NCBI GenBank assembly: GCA_025449635.1
Contig: JANWIZ010000016.1
Span: 1-56,835, forward strand
Length of the DNA: 56,835 bases
DNA from: Patescibacteria group bacterium
GTDB lineage: Bacteria > Patescibacteriota > Microgenomatia > Woykebacterales > RBG-16-39-9b
Direction of reading: 5' to 3'
Shown here: positions 39,121-47,539 of the stretch, one piece after another
How the letters are laid out: every line of letters begins with the position of its first letter
How positions within the stretch are numbered: the first letter of the stretch is position 1
Notes under the pieces: model-generated
The model's database searches: none
The model's input: the letters and a program-made list of their open reading frames with translations, nothing else
Told to the model about the DNA's origin: nothing
Program-made: the position numbers and the translations under genes

Positions 39121-41691
39121 ATGGCAAGCTCGAGTTCAAAAGCTAAAAAATCTCAAGGAAAGGAATTTGTATTTTCTGTACAGACACAGAAAAGGCTTGA
39201 AAGTTTGATCAACGATTCTGAGCAGACTCAACTCGAAGGAATCAGGCTCAAAGTGTTTAGTGATCGTTACTCCCTTAAAGACGCTGAAGGCAAAGCTATA
39301 GAGGCTTATCCAGAGCAAATGTGGTCTCGTGTAGCAGCTGGACTTGCACAGGTCGAAAAAACCCCAACAGATCAAGAGAAATGGACTAAGAAATTTTACT
39401 CTGCTCTTAAAGATTTTAAATATGTTCCTGGAGGTAGAGTCCTTTCTGGTGCTGGTACCCCTTACGAAGTAACTTTTTATAATTGTTTTGTCATCCCTTC
39501 CCCACACGATTCACGTAATGGAATTATTGATAACTTGAAACTAATGGTCGATATTATGTCTCGTTCTGGCGGGGTTGGTATCAACCTTTCCTCCTTGCGT
39601 CCTCGCGGGGCCAGGGTCAAAAAAGTTAACGGAACAAGCTCAGGACCGGTCAACTGGGCTCAACTTTATTCAACTGCAACTCATGATGTGATTCAGCAAG
39701 GTGGTAGTCGTCGAGGTGCTTTAATGCTGATGCTCAACGATTGGCATCCAGATGTTGAGGAGTTTATTGAAGTCAAAAAAGATTTAACGAGAATCAACGG
39801 TGCTAATTTGTCAGTGTGCGTTACCGATGCATTTATGGACGCTGTCAAGAAGAACGGTGATTGGGATCTCTACTACCCAGATATTACTGATCCGGAATAT
39901 GACAAACTTTGGGACGGTGATATTGATAAATGGAAAGCCGCAGGAAAAAAAGTTGTAGTTTATCGTACTGTCAAAGCCGCACAAGTATGGGAAAAGATTT
40001 GCAACGCAGCCTGGACAAGTGCTGAACCAGGACTGCATTTTATCGAGAGAAGTAACAAAAGAAGTAACACCTGGTACTTTGAGAAACTGATCGCAACCAA
40101 CCCTTGTGGAGAGCAGCCACTTGGAGCTTGGGCAGTTTGTAATCTTGGAGCAGTTAATTTGTCTGCTTTTGTAGACTCTAGTGGCAATTTTGACTATAAA
40201 GATCTTGAGGAAAAAGTTCAAACTGCGATTCGTATGATGGACAACGTGATCGATGCAACAGGTTACTATTTCCCTGAAAATAAAGAACAGCAAATGGGAA
40301 TTAGACGTACGGGATTGGGGACCATGGGTTTGGGCGATGCGCTGATAAAGATGAAACTTCGTTACGGTAGTACAGAAGCCCAATCAACAATCGAGAAAAT
40401 TTATAAAACAATCAGAGATACTTCTTATGAAGCATCAGCTCTTTTAGCAGCTGAGAGAGGGGCCTTTTCGAATTTTGATAAAGATAAATACCTTCAAGGT
40501 TGGTTTATCAAGAAATTGCCGAGTAAAGTCCGCGATTTGATTGCTAAAAACGGTATTCGTAATGCGGTACTGTTGACCCAAGCTCCAACGGGAACAACAT
40601 CACTTATTTCAGGAGTCTCTTCCGGAATAGAGCCGGTCTATGATTTTGCTATGATTCGACGGGACCGAACTGGAGAACACACGATATATCACCCACTTTA
40701 TCAAGCTTGGAAAGAAGCTAACCCAAATGTTGAAAAAGCACCAGAATATTTTGTTAGTGCTAACGATCTAACGCCAGAAGACCATGTAAGTGTTCAAGGT
40801 TTAATTCAGGATTACACTGATAGTTCGATCAGTAAAACAGTCAATGCACCAAATGCCCACACAGTTGACGAAGTGCGACGTCTCTATATGCAGGCTTACG
40901 ATCTAGGTTGTAAAGGTGTGACATACATGAGAGATGGAAGTCGTGAAGGCGTTCTCTCTCACAAGGACGATAAAGCTGAGAAGAAGGAAGAAACTGCAGC
41001 AGTGGCTGCTAATGTACCGGTGCATTTGCGCAAACGACCAGACAATCTTCGTGGGGTTACAAGAAGAATTGCGACCCCAGTTGGACATGCATTTGTAACA
41101 ATCAACGAAGATGAGGCAGGCAATCCATTTGAAGTGTTTATCAATGTCGGAAAAGCCGGTACTGATATCACTGCTGATGCAGAGGCAATTGGAAGATTGA
41201 TCTCTTTGGCATTACGAATACCATCAAATTACAGTCCAGGTGAAGTCGTTCAGCAAATAGTAAATCAAATATCAGGGATTGGTGGGAGTTCCTCGAGAGG
41301 TTTTGGAGCAGATCGTATTCACTCTCTTGCGGATGCGGTTAGCAAGGTATTGGCAGACTATGCTGGTAAAGTAAGTACTTACCCAGCTATCACAGAGGCA
41401 AAGCTTACAAACGGTAATAGTCAGGTTGCGGTTAATGGTAGTGCAAAAACAAATGGTTATACCAATGGAAACGGTCACACACCTGCACCTGAGGTTAAAG
41501 AATCAACAGCATCAGAAACAATAGAAGTTAAATCTGAAGAATCAACTGGTGTGACAATGCAGCTTTCGGCTGGATCTCCGATCAGTAAGACTGTTTCTCG
41601 TCGTGATATTTGTCCAAAATGTGGAGTCGCTAGTTTCGTATATGAAGAGGGTTGTAAGAAATGTTACTCTTGTGGACATAGTGAATGTTGA
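39121..41691 (+). CDS. nrdJ: Class II (adenosylcobalamin-dependent) ribonucleotide reductase with C-terminal TSCPD domain and Zn ribbon
   Basis: PGGR, NCFV, TNPCGEQ, APTGT, SISKTVN and CPKC...CYSCGHSEC; no NrdB gene nearby. Confidence 0.94.
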   Translation: MASSSSKAKKSQGKEFVFSVQTQKRLESLINDSEQTQLEGIRLKVFSDRYSLKDAEGKAIEAYPEQMWSRVAAGLAQVEKTPTDQEKWTKKFYSALKDFKYVPGGRVLSGAGTPYEVTFYNCFVIPSPHDSRNGIIDNLKLMVDIMSRSGGVGINLSSLRPRGARVKKVNGTSSGPVNWAQLYSTATHDVIQQGGSRRGALMLMLNDWHPDVEEFIEVKKDLTRINGANLSVCVTDAFMDAVKKNGDWDLYYPDITDPEYDKLWDGDIDKWKAAGKKVVVYRTVKAAQVWEKICNAAWTSAEPGLHFIERSNKRSNTWYFEKLIATNPCGEQPLGAWAVCNLGAVNLSAFVDSSGNFDYKDLEEKVQTAIRMMDNVIDATGYYFPENKEQQMGIRRTGLGTMGLGDALIKMKLRYGSTEAQSTIEKIYKTIRDTSYEASALLAAERGAFSNFDKDKYLQGWFIKKLPSKVRDLIAKNGIRNAVLLTQAPTGTTSLISGVSSGIEPVYDFAMIRRDRTGEHTIYHPLYQAWKEANPNVEKAPEYFVSANDLTPEDHVSVQGLIQDYTDSSISKTVNAPNAHTVDEVRRLYMQAYDLGCKGVTYMRDGSREGVLSHKDDKAEKKEETAAVAANVPVHLRKRPDNLRGVTRRIATPVGHAFVTINEDEAGNPFEVFINVGKAGTDITADAEAIGRLISLALRIPSNYSPGEVVQQIVNQISGIGGSSSRGFGADRIHSLADAVSKVLADYAGKVSTYPAITEAKLTNGNSQVAVNGSAKTNGYTNGNGHTPAPEVKESTASETIEVKSEESTGVTMQLSAGSPISKTVSRRDICPKCGVASFVYEEGCKKCYSCGHSEC

Positions 41692-41794
41692 CAATTTAAA
41701 GTTGTTGGATTAGATTAGTAACACTTTAAGATTTTCGAAAGTGCTTTAATTCGAAAATCTTGCACCCCGCTTTGCGGGTCTTAAAAATTTAGAT

Positions 41795-41890
41795 CAAAGG
41801 ATGTTTGGTGAAGCCTGGTGAGATTCCAGGGGAGTGCCGCTACTGTATACCCAGAACCCAACCTTTGAATTCCTTCGAGCAAAGGAGGTG
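41795..41890 (+). ncRNA. Cobalamin riboswitch (compact, class II-like)
   Basis: GGTGAAGCCTGGTGAGATTCCAGG...GCCGCTACTGTA core, closing stem CAAAGG/CCTTTG, downstream P13-like hairpin containing AAGGAGG; lies upstream of B12-uptake genes. Confidence 0.85.
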
Positions 41891-41908
41891 CCGATGAAAC
41901 ATTGATTC

Positions 41909-41939
41909 GACCAACCCTTAGCGGTTGGTTTTCGTTTTT
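41909..41939 (+). terminator. Terminator in the riboswitch expression platform
   Basis: GACCAACC-cttagc-GGTTGGTT followed by a T-rich tract. Confidence 0.75.
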
Positions 41940-42008
41940 CTGCCAATTATTAAGTATTTAAAAGGAGTTAAAATATGTCGTTGACGCGTCATATTACTTA
42001 AGAAAGTT

Positions 42009-42428
42009 ATGAAATTTATTCAAAAAAACATTCTTTTAGTTGTAGTTTCTATTGCGGTTATTTTTGGTGGAGGTTTTTATTATATAAACCAAAATAAACC
42101 TGAGAATACGGAATCTAATACTTCCACAACACAAGAAAAGACAGAAATTACCAAAGTTACGATCAATTTTGATGGTCAGGAAAAAAGCTATGAAGTTAAA
42201 AACGCTATTGGTAAAACAGCTCTTGAAGTTACGGAAGAAGCAGTAACGATTGAGAAAACCGGAGAGGGAAAAGACGCTTTTATCAATAGTATCAATGGTC
42301 GCGTTGCAGAGGAAAGTAAGAACGAATTTTGGAAATTGGTAATCAACGGCAAAGACAGTGAAGTTGGAGCGGGAAGTTACACCATTGTAAATGGTGATAC
42401 TTTGGTTTGGGAAATCGATACTTATTAG
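42009..42428 (+). CDS. DUF4430 (transcobalamin beta-domain-like) membrane-anchored cobalamin-binding protein
   Basis: FINSING...FWKLVING..SEVGAGSY...GD; follows the B12 riboswitch. Confidence 0.85.
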   Translation: MKFIQKNILLVVVSIAVIFGGGFYYINQNKPENTESNTSTTQEKTEITKVTINFDGQEKSYEVKNAIGKTALEVTEEAVTIEKTGEGKDAFINSINGRVAEESKNEFWKLVINGKDSEVGAGSYTIVNGDTLVWEIDTY

Positions 42429-42500
42429 CAAGACTTAGGGTTGTTCAGTATGGCTGAGAATTGATATACTAGTTCTCAGCCATACTGCTCCAAAATTATT

Positions 42501-43052
42501 ATGCAAAAAATACTCGAAAAATTAACTAACCCAGCAATATTTGTCTTAATCGCTGCTACTTTACGTCTGGTTCCGCACGCGCCAAATTTTGCCCCGATCG
42601 GCGCAATGGCACTTTTTGGTGGAGCTTATCTTGGGAAACGCTACGCGATTGCACTTCCAATAGCCGCGATGTTTATTTCTGATCTGTTTCTTGGGTTTGA
42701 CGGAATTACTTCAAGACTAACTGTTTACGGGGCATTTATACTTATTGGTTTGATCGGTTTTTGGCTTCGAAATCACAAGAGTTTTCAGAATATAATTCTA
42801 GCTTCTCTGACAGCTTCAATTTTGTTTTTTATTACAACCAATTTTGGGGTATGGGCCTTCGGAACGATTTATCCAAAAACAGTTGAAGGATTTGTGGCTT
42901 GTTTCGTAGCGGCAATTCCTTTCTTTCGAAACACAGTAGCCGGAGACTTGTTCTATACTGGAGTGTTTTTTGGTGGTTATGAACTAGTTTTACGACTTGC
43001 GCAATCAAAGAAGCTTACTTTAATTAGAAAGGGGGTCGAAAGAAATGGCTAA
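42501..43052 (+). CDS. BtuM/DUF6580-like ECF S-component, putative cobalamin transporter
   Basis: RLVPHAPNFAPIGAMALFGG, SDLFLG, FFITTNFGVW and AIPFFRN. Confidence 0.8.
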   Translation: MQKILEKLTNPAIFVLIAATLRLVPHAPNFAPIGAMALFGGAYLGKRYAIALPIAAMFISDLFLGFDGITSRLTVYGAFILIGLIGFWLRNHKSFQNIILASLTASILFFITTNFGVWAFGTIYPKTVEGFVACFVAAIPFFRNTVAGDLFYTGVFFGGYELVLRLAQSKKLTLIRKGVERNG

Positions 43053-43284
43053 AAAACAAGAGGAGTTTAGTGTTAAAGGTGAGGATGTCGTCAAAAAAGT
43101 AAAAGAAATAATCAAAGAAGGTAATGTCCGACGAATAATCATCAAAGATAAAAAAGGAAAAACCTTGATTGAACTACCGCTTACTATTGGGGTAGTTGGT
43201 GCTCTATTAGCCCCACCACTAGCAGCTGTTGGTGCAATTGCAGCTCTAGTGACTGAATGTACTATTGCAGTTGAGCGTGAATAG
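43045..43284 (+). CDS. DUF4342 protein
   Basis: VKEIIKEGNVRRIIIK...ELPLTIG. Confidence 0.88.
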   Translation: MAKKQEEFSVKGEDVVKKVKEIIKEGNVRRIIIKDKKGKTLIELPLTIGVVGALLAPPLAAVGAIAALVTECTIAVERE

Positions 43285-43407
43285 GCTTGACTGAAGTTGC
43301 AAATCTATATATAATCTAAACTTCGTGAAAACAACTCTTGGTTCTGAGCTGTTTTCTTTTTTTGGTGTTTTCAACCACAAACAACCCAAAATAGAAATGG
43401 AGGCCTA

Positions 43408-43500
43408 ATGCTTACCGGTTTTGTTTGCATCATGATCGCGACTGCATTCGTTTTGACGATTTTGGATCCAGAAGGAGAGATACCGACACTAGGGATTTAG
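43408..43500 (+). CDS. Small hydrophobic protein (30 aa; absent from ORF track)
   Basis: GGAGG RBS; MLTGFVCIMIATAFVLTILDPEGEIPTLGI*; own promoter (TTGACT-17-TATAAT, 43288-43316) and terminator. Confidence 0.55.
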   Translation: MLTGFVCIMIATAFVLTILDPEGEIPTLGI

Positions 43501-43538
43501 GAAACAGAGTCATAGAAGAGGGAGAGATTATTAAACCA

Positions 43539-43580
43539 ACCTACTTTGTTGTTAAGTCAAACAAAGTGGGTTTTTTCTTT
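43539..43580 (+). terminator. Rho-independent terminator
   Basis: ACCTACTTTGTT...AACAAAGTGGGT followed by a T-tract. Confidence 0.8.
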
Positions 43581-43611
43581 TTGTCTGGTTTTTTTGATAT
43601 ACTTTTCTTTA

Positions 43612-45411
43612 ATGGAAGAACTAAAAAATAAACTTTCCCCAGAATCATATTCAAACTTAATAAAATGGTTAAACGAAGAAGAATTCATAGCGTATAAAGA
43701 AGAGTTAAATAAATTAATCACTGAAAAAAACTATCCTGAGCTTGAAGATGCCTTTTATACTCGAATCCGTATAGGAACGGGTGGTATTAGAGGAAAAATT
43801 GGAGCAGGACCAAACCGTATAAACTTTAGAACAATTGGTGAAGCCGCTCAAGGATTGGCAAACTTTATTGAAGATTTTGGTCAAGAAGCAAAGGACAGAG
43901 GAGTTGTGGTAAGCCATGAAGTCAGAAAACACTCTCGTGAATTCGCCAAACTAACTTGCAGTATTCTTGCAGCCAATGGAATTAAGACATTTCTTTTTGA
44001 TGGAATTCGGTCTACACCAGAAGTTTCTTTTACAGTGCGGCATTTGAAGTCTACTGCAGGGGTGCAGCTTACAGCCTCACATAACCCTCGAACCGATAAT
44101 GGTTTTAAGTTTTTTTGGACAGATGGCGGTCAGGTAGTCCCACCACTGGATCAAAAATTTATGCAGTTAGTTTTAGATGTAGCTGAAATAAAAAAATTGA
44201 GTTATGAAGAGGCGGAGCAGCAGGGACTCGTAAAAATAATTGGTAGTGAGATCGACAGTGTTTATTTCGAAAAAATAAAAGAACTTTCGTTAGTTGATAC
44301 TAGGTCCGCTAAAATTGCTTTTAGCCCATTGCATAGCTCTGGCTCTACCAACGCTTTACCCGTATTAAAAGCTGAGGGGTTTGATGTGACTGTTTTGGCA
44401 GAGCAAGCAGACCCGGACGAAAACTTTCCCGGCGCTTTTCGAGATTATATAAACCCTGAATTCAAAGAGGTTCTAGAACCGACAACAAAACTTGGAGAAG
44501 ACATAGGAGCTGATTTGGCTATTTGTACTGATCCAGATGGCTGTCGATTTGGGGCTGCCTTCAAGACAGAACTTGGTTCTAATAAATTAACCTATCTAAC
44601 TTCAAATGAAATTGCCTGTGCAATGCTTCACTTTATACTATCGTTGATGGAAGATAAAGGTAAACTATCAAAGGATTTGCTGTACATAAAGACTTACAAT
44701 TCAACGAGTCTTGCTAGTGATATTGCAAAAAGTTTTGGAATTAGTTTTGTTGACGATTTGATGGTTGGTTACAAATGGATTGGCCAGGTGGTTGAAAAAA
44801 TGGAAAATTCAAAAAACTTTATTTTTTCATTTGAGGATACTTGTGGTTATTGTCGGGGGGACTTTATTCGTGATAAAGATGGAGCGATTGGGGCTGTAAC
44901 TGCAGCTGAATTAGTGTCGTTTCTAAAAGATCAAGGCAAGACAATCACTCAATACTTGAACGAGATATATGCTAAATACGGTTACTATCGCAATATATTG
45001 TATCAGGTAGAGGTTGAGGGAAAAGAAGGTTTCGAAGATATCGTTAAATTTTACAAAGCTTTGAGAGAAAACCCGCCTAAGGAAATCGCAGGTTTAAAAG
45101 TCGTCAAGATTTTTGATCGCCTAGATGAAGAACAGAGAAAACCTGAAAATTACAAAGCTGGGGTTACAGGAGATGAGATTACTTTTATTCTTTCGGAAGA
45201 TGAGAAAATTCGTCTTTTGACTCGACCTTCCGGTACTCAGCCGCAATTTAAATATTACCTGCAGACTTTTGGAGCAGTTAATGATGATTTAGAGGAAGTT
45301 AAAAATGAAGTGGACCGTCTGGCTGAGAGAATCGAAGAATCAATGTATACTTTTCAAGACAAAATACTTGGTAAAAGACAAAGAGGACTTAAAATCATCA
45401 GTAATTGGTAA
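43612..45411 (+). CDS. Alpha-D-phosphohexomutase (PGM/PMM family)
   Basis: GTGGIRG, TASHNP, DPDGCR, DKDG and RPSGT. Confidence 0.9.
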   Translation: MEELKNKLSPESYSNLIKWLNEEEFIAYKEELNKLITEKNYPELEDAFYTRIRIGTGGIRGKIGAGPNRINFRTIGEAAQGLANFIEDFGQEAKDRGVVVSHEVRKHSREFAKLTCSILAANGIKTFLFDGIRSTPEVSFTVRHLKSTAGVQLTASHNPRTDNGFKFFWTDGGQVVPPLDQKFMQLVLDVAEIKKLSYEEAEQQGLVKIIGSEIDSVYFEKIKELSLVDTRSAKIAFSPLHSSGSTNALPVLKAEGFDVTVLAEQADPDENFPGAFRDYINPEFKEVLEPTTKLGEDIGADLAICTDPDGCRFGAAFKTELGSNKLTYLTSNEIACAMLHFILSLMEDKGKLSKDLLYIKTYNSTSLASDIAKSFGISFVDDLMVGYKWIGQVVEKMENSKNFIFSFEDTCGYCRGDFIRDKDGAIGAVTAAELVSFLKDQGKTITQYLNEIYAKYGYYRNILYQVEVEGKEGFEDIVKFYKALRENPPKEIAGLKVVKIFDRLDEEQRKPENYKAGVTGDEITFILSEDEKIRLLTRPSGTQPQFKYYLQTFGAVNDDLEEVKNEVDRLAERIEESMYTFQDKILGKRQRGLKIISNW

Positions 45412-45438
45412 TTACTATTAAATTAAGGAAAGTTAAAA

Positions 45439-46197
45439 ATGATCGAAACAGCAATAAAAGCGGCAAAACTCGCTGGAGAGAAACTCGAATACTATTTTGA
45501 AACTATTCTTGAGAAAGTAGAAAAGGAAGATAAATCCTTTGTAACTAAAGCTGATACAGAAGCTGATGAAATAATTATCAACTTGATCAAAGAAAATCAT
45601 CCAGGGCATCAAATCCTTACAGAAGAAAACGGCTTAATTGGTAAGGAAAGTGAATTTACTTGGGTCATCGATCCCCTTGACGGCACGCTAAATTTTACTC
45701 GCGGAATTCCAATTTTTTCTACATCTATAGCAGTGCTACAAAATAATATTCCAGTGATCTCAGTTGTTTATAATCCGATCACAAATTCTCTCTATTCTGC
45801 AGAAAAAGGAAAAGGAGCAACTTGGAATGGAGAAAAGATGTCAGTTTCTGATATTGAGTCGACAAAAGATTCAATTGTTTCGATGGGTAGAGCTCGTGAC
45901 GGAGAGAGTAAAGCGAAAACACTCGATATTTATAATAAGTTTTATCACAATTTAAAATCACAGCGGGTTCTTGGGAGCGCAGCTTTGGAACTTGCTTGGG
46001 TAGCCTCAGGCAGATTAGAGGGGTTTATTTCGATTGGACTCAAGGGTTGGGATTGTTTTGGTGGGGTGTTGTTGATCGAAGAGGCAGGCGGAAAACTTAC
46101 AGATTTTTCTGGTAAAGGATGGACTAATTCCTGTACTGATTTCGTTGCCAGCAATGGTAATATTCATCAAGAATTGTTGGATATAATTAATTCTTGA
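45439..46197 (+). CDS. suhB: Inositol monophosphatase family protein
   Basis: WVIDPLDGTLNF, GSAALELAWVA and WD. Confidence 0.9.
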   Translation: MIETAIKAAKLAGEKLEYYFETILEKVEKEDKSFVTKADTEADEIIINLIKENHPGHQILTEENGLIGKESEFTWVIDPLDGTLNFTRGIPIFSTSIAVLQNNIPVISVVYNPITNSLYSAEKGKGATWNGEKMSVSDIESTKDSIVSMGRARDGESKAKTLDIYNKFYHNLKSQRVLGSAALELAWVASGRLEGFISIGLKGWDCFGGVLLIEEAGGKLTDFSGKGWTNSCTDFVASNGNIHQELLDIINS

Positions 46198-46230
46198 CAG
46201 TTTTTCACAATTAGGTCGATAATTAAACTA

Positions 46231-46383
46231 ATGGATCATTATGTTCGCAAGATCAGTCATGAATTTCGTCGATTAGATACTTTCGAGGATGCATCAAAAC
46301 TTTTGATTGTTATCGGGCTACTGCTTTTTACTGGAATCCCGTTGACAGTTATGGCAATATTTACAATTGCTTCCTTTGCATAA
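46231..46383 (+). CDS. Small membrane protein (50 aa; absent from ORF track)
   Basis: MDHYVRKISHEFRRLDTFEDASKLLIVIGLLLFTGIPLTVMAIFTIASFA*; TTGACA...GATAAT promoter ends 7 nt upstream. Confidence 0.6.
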   Translation: MDHYVRKISHEFRRLDTFEDASKLLIVIGLLLFTGIPLTVMAIFTIASFA

Positions 46384-46427
46384 ATCTCTTTATCTAAAAA
46401 GTTAATTGTGGCATCATTAAGTAGAGC

Positions 46428-47537
46428 ATGATTTCAATTGCCCTAAGGAATCTTTTCGGAGAAAAAACTCGCTTTGTAATCTCTATTGGTGGAGTTGCCT
46501 TCAGCGTAATGCTTATTCTCACAATTGTCTCATTATTTCGTGGTTGGCAAATACGTTCTACTCAATATATCCGTGATATAGACACAGATATTTATGTAAC
46601 ACAAAACGGTTCTTCAGATATCACAAGCAGCGCTTCCATAATCCCAATAGAAATCAAAAGCCAGATTGAGAATATTGATGGTGTAACCGAAGTAAACAGA
46701 TTCATTGGTCGTCCTTTGCAGTTCCAGATAAAAGACAGAGATGTAAATGCCTATCTAGTTGGTTATGACACAAAAAAGAAAATTGCTGGTCCAACCAAAA
46801 TTATCAAAGGAAAAGCAGAACCAGGTAAAGATGAAATTGTTTTGGATAAGGTTTTAATGACTACTAACAAGTTGGCGATCAATGAGTACATTGAGATCTT
46901 TGATCGGCCTTTCAAAATAGTTGGAATCGCCGAGGGGGCTAATATGTTTGTTTTCCAGTTTTCGTTTATCAATCAAGAGGAAGCTAAGGAAATTTTTAAG
47001 ATGGATTCTTTAGCCACCTTTTTGCTGGTAAAAACGCAAAAAGACAAAATTCAATCAGTGATTGATGAGGTTAACAAAATTGACGGTTTGGAAGCTATGG
47101 ATAAAGCTGAATTTGTTGAGAGAAACAAACGTATTTTGAATGAAGTGTTTATCCCAATAATCTCTGTACTGGTCATAATTAGTATTTTAGTAGGCACAGC
47201 TGTGATTGGGCTGACGATCTACACCGCGACTGTGGAAAAAGCAAGAGAATTCGGAGTGTTAAAGGCATTAGGTGCCTCAAATATGCAAATTTATAGAATA
47301 ATATTTGAGCAATCTTTAGTTTCTGGTGTGATTGGTTATATAGTTGGGGTTGCTGCAACCTATTTCTTCCTCTGGCTAATACCGATTTATGTCCCAGTGT
47401 TTGTTACAGTTACATTACTTGAGGATTTAGCTTGGGTTTTTGGTGTCTCAATACTTATGAGTGTTATTTCAAGCTATACTCCAGTCCGACGGATAGTGCG
47501 GATTGACCCAGCGTTGGTTTTTAATTCTACTAGATAG
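46428..47537 (+). CDS. ABC transporter permease (FtsX/MacB type)
   Basis: IALRNL, REFGVLKALGAS and IDPALVF. Confidence 0.9.
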   Translation: MISIALRNLFGEKTRFVISIGGVAFSVMLILTIVSLFRGWQIRSTQYIRDIDTDIYVTQNGSSDITSSASIIPIEIKSQIENIDGVTEVNRFIGRPLQFQIKDRDVNAYLVGYDTKKKIAGPTKIIKGKAEPGKDEIVLDKVLMTTNKLAINEYIEIFDRPFKIVGIAEGANMFVFQFSFINQEEAKEIFKMDSLATFLLVKTQKDKIQSVIDEVNKIDGLEAMDKAEFVERNKRILNEVFIPIISVLVIISILVGTAVIGLTIYTATVEKAREFGVLKALGASNMQIYRIIFEQSLVSGVIGYIVGVAATYFFLWLIPIYVPVFVTVTLLEDLAWVFGVSILMSVISSYTPVRRIVRIDPALVFNSTR

Positions 47538-47539
47538 AT

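Noticed and set aside
41350..41600. Possible intein or insertion in nrdJ
   Set aside because: It is a low-complexity N/G/T/E linker without intein terminal motifs or an endonuclease signature.
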